55,053 nucleotides of DNA. Origin: Octopus bimaculoides. Its lineage: Eukaryota. The translations under genes were made by a program, and so were the position numbers. The stretch's first letter is position 1. The number at the start of each line of letters is the position of its first letter. The DNA lies in contig NC_068983.1 of the NCBI RefSeq assembly GCF_001194135.2, positions 47,683,112 to 47,738,164 of the forward strand. The letters run 5' to 3'. Positions 50,260-55,053 of the stretch are shown one piece after another. The notes beneath the pieces were generated by a model, which saw only the letters and a program-made list of their open reading frames with translations, searched no databases and was not told where the DNA came from.

Positions 50260-51372
50260 NNNNNNNNNNNNNNNNNNNNNNNNNNNNNNNNNNNNNNNNN
50301 NNNNNNNNNNNNNNNNNNNNNNNNNNNNNNNNNNNNNNNNNNNNNNNNNNNNNNNNNNNNNNNNNNNNNNNNNNNNNNNNNNNNNNNNNNNNNNNNNNNN
50401 NNNNNNNNNNNNNNNNNNNNNNNNNNNNNNNNNNNNNNNNNNNNNNNNNNNNNNNNNNNNNNNNNNNNNNNNNNNNNNNNNNNNNNNNNNNNNNNNNNNN
50501 NNNNNNNNNNNNNNNCAATAGAGGACAATAAAACATCCGGACAGATAGACGATACAGAGGCGGACAGGAAAAACAATTGTTCTTACAATTTCGGGCGTTA
50601 TACTTGAGACTGTTCAAATCTGGTTGCCCGCCAAAAGTTTAAGCTAAGAGTATTAGACTTTTTGTTTGAAAGCAAGCGTATGTGTACGACATCAAAGACG
50701 AAAAACGGAAAACATGTTACAGAATTACAAATACAAAGAAGAAAATGACAGCAGGCGTCTTTCAATTAATAAAGACGAGTCAAATTGAGCTGGAGTGTAT
50801 AGAGTGAAAGCCTTGAGGCAGGAACATAGGAGATGGACATAAGAGATGACGGCGTTCGGCAGTCAAGCCAAGAAAGAAAGATCATGTCTGGCCGAACACC
50901 GGTCACGTAGAAGAAGAAGGGGGAGGTAGGGGCAGAGGGATTGACGAATTAGGGGAGAAAGAGAGAAAATCAAAGGGAAAAAGAGAAAAGTACAAGGGAG
51001 ATAAACGAAGCGGAAAAGTAGGAATTAAAGAAAGAGAGGACCAAGAAATGTGAGAGGTGAACTGAGAAAAAGAAAAGAGGATAGAAGGAAGAAAGTGTGA
51101 GGGGGAATAAAAGATAGAGTAAAAGAATTATACAAAATTTAGATATTTACTTACAAGGTAAACGAAAGTGTACGAACGCCGCTATGTGTATATATAAATA
51201 TTTTAAAAAATGGAACAAAAACGCAGTACAGGACAATGTACACATGTATAAATAACTAAGGATAACATCATTAAATATTAATGATTTTATCAGAGGCCAG
51301 CGTATAAAAAATAACCATATCGGTAAAAATTAATATACAAATATAGGATTATATAGATATATACATATATAA

Positions 51373-51430
<58 letters not shown>

Positions 51431-51548
51431 GTATACATATATATATCCGTATACATATATATGCATTTTCACATACATACGCACACGCAAGCATGTATGC
51501 ATGCATATGTACATATAAACATATACATGCACATATACATACACATAT

Positions 51549-51586
<38 letters not shown>

Positions 51587-52248
51587 TATTCCTTTACTCA
51601 TTTCAGCCATGCGTTTGCAGTTATGCTGTAATATACACATATATGTATACATACATACATACAGACATAGATATATATACACACACACGCACACATATAT
51701 ATATATATATATATATATGTATACAAACAGACACACACACACACGCGCCCTCCTCCACACACATATTGTCGCTGTTATCATATGAAGCATCTGATTATAT
51801 CCTTCAAAATTCGGTTCGTTCTAGCTCAAATTTCGATGTGCAACGTAATAACAGATAGTATAGTCAACACCAGAATAACATTTCGTGAAGCGGTAATTAT
51901 AGATTGCGCTGTTCAATAACTTCCTCAATTAGTGTTCAAAAGAAATAGATCGTGTTCTTAAACTGTACTACCCAAAGGTAAATACATTTCTTGAACACAA
52001 CCAAGACATAGATCTCATAAGTCGCCATTCGGACTTCATTTCCAAAGTACGTAGTTTTCTTTCCTTTTTATGTTTTCATGCTTCGTTCCTTCACACGCCA
52101 ATAGAATGGTTTCATTTCTCGTAGCTGATTGTTGACATACATACATATGTACATATGAATACATACATGCATATATACATATATATACCTTTTTATAAAC
52201 GTATATATATGTATTTATATATACATACACATACGCATATATAAATAT

Positions 52249-52495
52249 GGAGCACTAGGTTTTGTTAGTAAATGCTTAAAGGAGACTCTGGATGAACTGG
52301 GATTTTCAGAGAGAGAAATCGACCGGCTGATTCATACATTACATGTGCAATCTGTGAGTGGAACAGTAAAAATATGCAAGACTTTTCTCAAGTTCCAAAT
52401 GTGAATTTGTCTGTATTTACTACATCCCAAAGATGGAGCCTTGTATCTTTGTTGGAAACCGGTTCCCTCCTCAGTGGAAGATTTATAATAATTAA
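52249..52495 (+). mobile_element. Extreme 3' end of a second R4/Dong-like LINE family
   Basis: Uninterrupted GALGFVSKCLKETLDELGFSEREIDRLIHTLHVQSVSGTVKICKTFLKFQM* (52249-52404), short UTR, TATAATAAT end. Confidence 0.7.
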
Positions 52496-52700
52496 AAAAT
52501 AGAAGAGACTTACATACATACATACATATGAAGAATAATAATAAATGGAACAAAACGCATATGATCAATAAGTTCCTTTAATTCCTACATATGTTTCAAA
52601 ATTTATGTGCACTCTACTCCAAAGAAGTAAGAGGTGCTGGAAATGCACATAAATTCATCGTCAGGGAACCAACTTACAAAAGCAAGACATGCGCTAAATG

Positions 52701-52735
<35 letters not shown>

Positions 52736-53079
52736 CATACATAAATACATGAGGTATTTAGGTTGAAGGCTATGTCGGAAAGGTGTGAAAGGTGATATTA
52801 TCTATAAGGCAATATGCGCGCTAGACATAACGCTGTGTAGGCTGCTAGAAGTAAGAAAGATGAGTGTACATTTGTGCTCATCGTATGACTATCATAAATG
52901 GGTCGGTTGCCTTGTTGCACTGGCGTGTCCGAAAGAGGTTTCTTTCAAGATGACGAGGTTGTAGAACTTTTGACGAGTTCACAGAATTTGGGGGTGGAAA
53001 AAAAAGGCAGTAGGTAACAACGGTTGCATAATTTCTATAAATGGGGGAATACTATTAACAAAGTCACCTTTATTCTTTC

Positions 53080-53228
53080 TAATTTTCGCACAAAGTCAGC
53101 AGGTTATGAGAGGAAGATGCAAGTTGATTATATCGATCCCAGGACGTGACTGGTACTTCTTTTTACCGACTCCGAAAGTATGAAAGAGAAAGTTGAACTC
53201 GGCAGAACTTGAACTCAGAATGTAGTGA
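53080..53228 (-). mobile_element. SINE B 3' portion, degenerate
   Basis: AAAGTTGAACTCGGCAGAACTTGAACTCAGAATGT etc. Confidence 0.7.
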
Positions 53229-53325
53229 TCAGCTTTAACAAAGTCATTTTTATTGAGAGGTGTATCTAAAGGGATTCTGCAAAGATTGTGCGGTGATTTA
53301 AGAGGGGGTAGACTTTCACATTGTA

Positions 53326-53528
53326 TAGGCTGCCCACAAAGTCTGGGTACACGGGGATTAACACATACTTTAAGAAATTATTATTTTTTATATGTAATTG
53401 TTTATGTCATGATTTTATTTACTCCATGTACCCACATGGGGATTAACACATACTTTAAGAAATTATTATTTAATTGTTTATGTTATGATTTTATTTACTC
53501 CATGTACCCAGACCTTGTGGACACCCTG
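53326..53528. mobile_element. Tc1/mariner-type MITE with internal 85-bp tandem duplication
   Basis: TIRs TAGGCTGCCCACAAAGTCTGGGTACACGG / rc CAGGGTGTCCACAAGGTCTGGGTACATGG; TA TSD at 53324-25 and 53529-30. Confidence 0.85.
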
Positions 53529-53749
53529 TACAATGCACGGAATAATATTTCGCCTTCTCTGATGGCAGTTTCTAATAGTTTGCGTCAGTGCATAATTTTT
53601 TCTGTCTTTTTTAGACAGTATTCTCCTTTCCTTATTTTAGCGTAGCATTAAAGGTTTTACTGATTTCTGCATTCATACTCAAAGCACGTGGACATGTCAT
53701 GGAAGAAAATTTCAATGTGGAATTTAGAATGTCAAATATGAGTGAGAGT

Positions 53750-54110
53750 GATGGTTAGGTGACAAAGCGGCCAAGCGTATTTGAGTGTTGCTGTTTTAGT
53801 CAGAGTTCTTGTAGATGTCTTTAGGGAGAGAAAGAATGAAGTGAAATGAGATAGATGTGTGAAAGCAGAACATGAGAATTTCAAATAACTGTTGGTGATT
53901 GCAGAAGTTTGAGGATACAGCATAAGCTCTTCGAAAAATGAAAAAAGGGAGGATTTGAGCTAGATTAATTGAAAGTTGATGCAGATGAAATTCAGAAGAG
54001 AGAGGTGAATGGTGGCGTGAGTGGGTTCGGCGCAGAAGCGGGTACCAACTTCCAATGAAATGCTGGATTATCGAGTGTAACCTGGACATCAGAGAAGGAT
54101 TAGAAATAGA
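53750..54110 (+). mobile_element. Possible decayed LINE APE-endonuclease relic (RTE-like)
   Basis: SVAVLV, EVK*DR, LLVIAEV, EKREDL, REVNGGVSG and NEMLDY appear in APE motif order; many stops. Confidence 0.35.
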
Positions 54111-54774
54111 GGATGAGAGATTTGTATCTGAAAAAGGAAAGACGATATTAACAAAGATGGAAAAAAATAGAAGCAAGCATAATTCAATGAAATGCTGGAG
54201 ATTGAAAAAGTATGGAAAAAAGCAAGGTAATCTAAAAGGAAATCTTGGAATACATAAAAATAGCATAAAAAAAACATCGAATCGAGAATATTTTACGACA
54301 TAAAAATTAACATGAAATCGCTAAATGAATTAATGTAAAGAAAATTAATTAAAGAAAATTACAATTGAATTTAGAAATGCAAGGAATTTAAAATATTATG
54401 AATTTAAAGTATTCTGTACCATAAAATGAATGCCGTCAAGTAGTTAAATGGCATGAAATCAAGCAAGATGCAATAAAATTGTATGATGCTGTATAACAAG
54501 TGAAAATACACAACACCATTCTTGTATAGACAGAGATGAAAAACAGAAAAGTGTTGAAGACTTTGAAATTAATGCAAATGGTTGGGAAAATTCGTGCAAA
54601 AGTAAAATAAATAGTGATTTACAACAGGAATACACTTTATGCAAAATTATTTTGAGAAATGTTTAAACTTCATTTCAAAACTAATACATTTTGTTGTTTA
54701 GGAATGACTAATAATTAGTTTGAACATCTCATACATTACTCGCCGTGTTCTTTCTTGTTTCTTTTTTTTTTTGT

Positions 54775-54945
54775 TTTGTTGTCTTTTACTTGTCTCGGTT
54801 ATTGGACTGTGGCCATGCTGGGGCACCGCCTTGAAGGGTTTCAGTTGAACAGATCGATCTCAAAACTTGCTTTTTAAGGCTGGTACTTATTCTCAGAGAT
54901 ACGGACGTAAACAAACCAACGCCATTTGTCAAGCGCTGAAGGGTC
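54775..54945 (-). mobile_element. SINE A tail module
   Basis: TTTTACTTGTCTCGGTTATTGGACTGTGGCCATGCTGGGGCACCGCC...ACGGACGTAAACA. Confidence 0.8.
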
Positions 54946-54955
54946 TGAGCTTACA

Positions 54956-55018
54956 GGGGATGCGTTTTGAGCGGGGGTGCGTTTTGAGCGGGGGTGCGTT
55001 TTGAGCGGGGATGCGTTT
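54956..55018 (+). repeat. 17-bp tandem repeat GGGG(A/G)TGCGTTTTGAGC x3.7
   Basis: Units start at 54956, 54973, 54990 and 55007. Confidence 0.95.
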
Positions 55019-55053
55019 CATTCTCGCACAATACAATGTATTACCCTTTGCTC

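Overview
AT-rich eukaryotic scaffold window with 15 N-gaps, almost all bordered by (TA)n/(CA)n/(TG)n microsatellites. The SINE sequences and microsatellite load point to an octopus genome (recognition-based inference, not verified by search). No host protein-coding gene, true tRNA/rRNA or CRISPR could be established, and nearly all ORFs in the track are microsatellite or gap artefacts. The window is a dense retroelement graveyard. It holds two R4/Dong-like RLE LINE relics, an RTE-like LINE 3' end with three C2H2 fingers, a CR1/L2-like LINE relic, a fossil Penelope-like element (PLE) split by three SINEs, about 45 tRNA-derived SINE copies or fragments (working labels A-F) and several short foldback/MITE elements. 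The most notable structures are: (1) a ~790-bp PLE-type inverted repeat whose arms each carry a hammerhead-ribozyme-like motif broken by a different mutation; (2) SINE A, shown by a 14-bp TSD to move as one unit with a variable internal microsatellite; (3) head-to-tail arrays of SINE B beginning just after the previous copy's (ATT)n tail; (4) modular head/core/tail swapping among the SINE families; (5) an unexplained ~170-bp near-identical segment with a perfect 20-bp palindrome, present twice 8.9 kb apart. Identities and alignments are estimated by eye, and boundaries are approximate unless a TSD is quoted.
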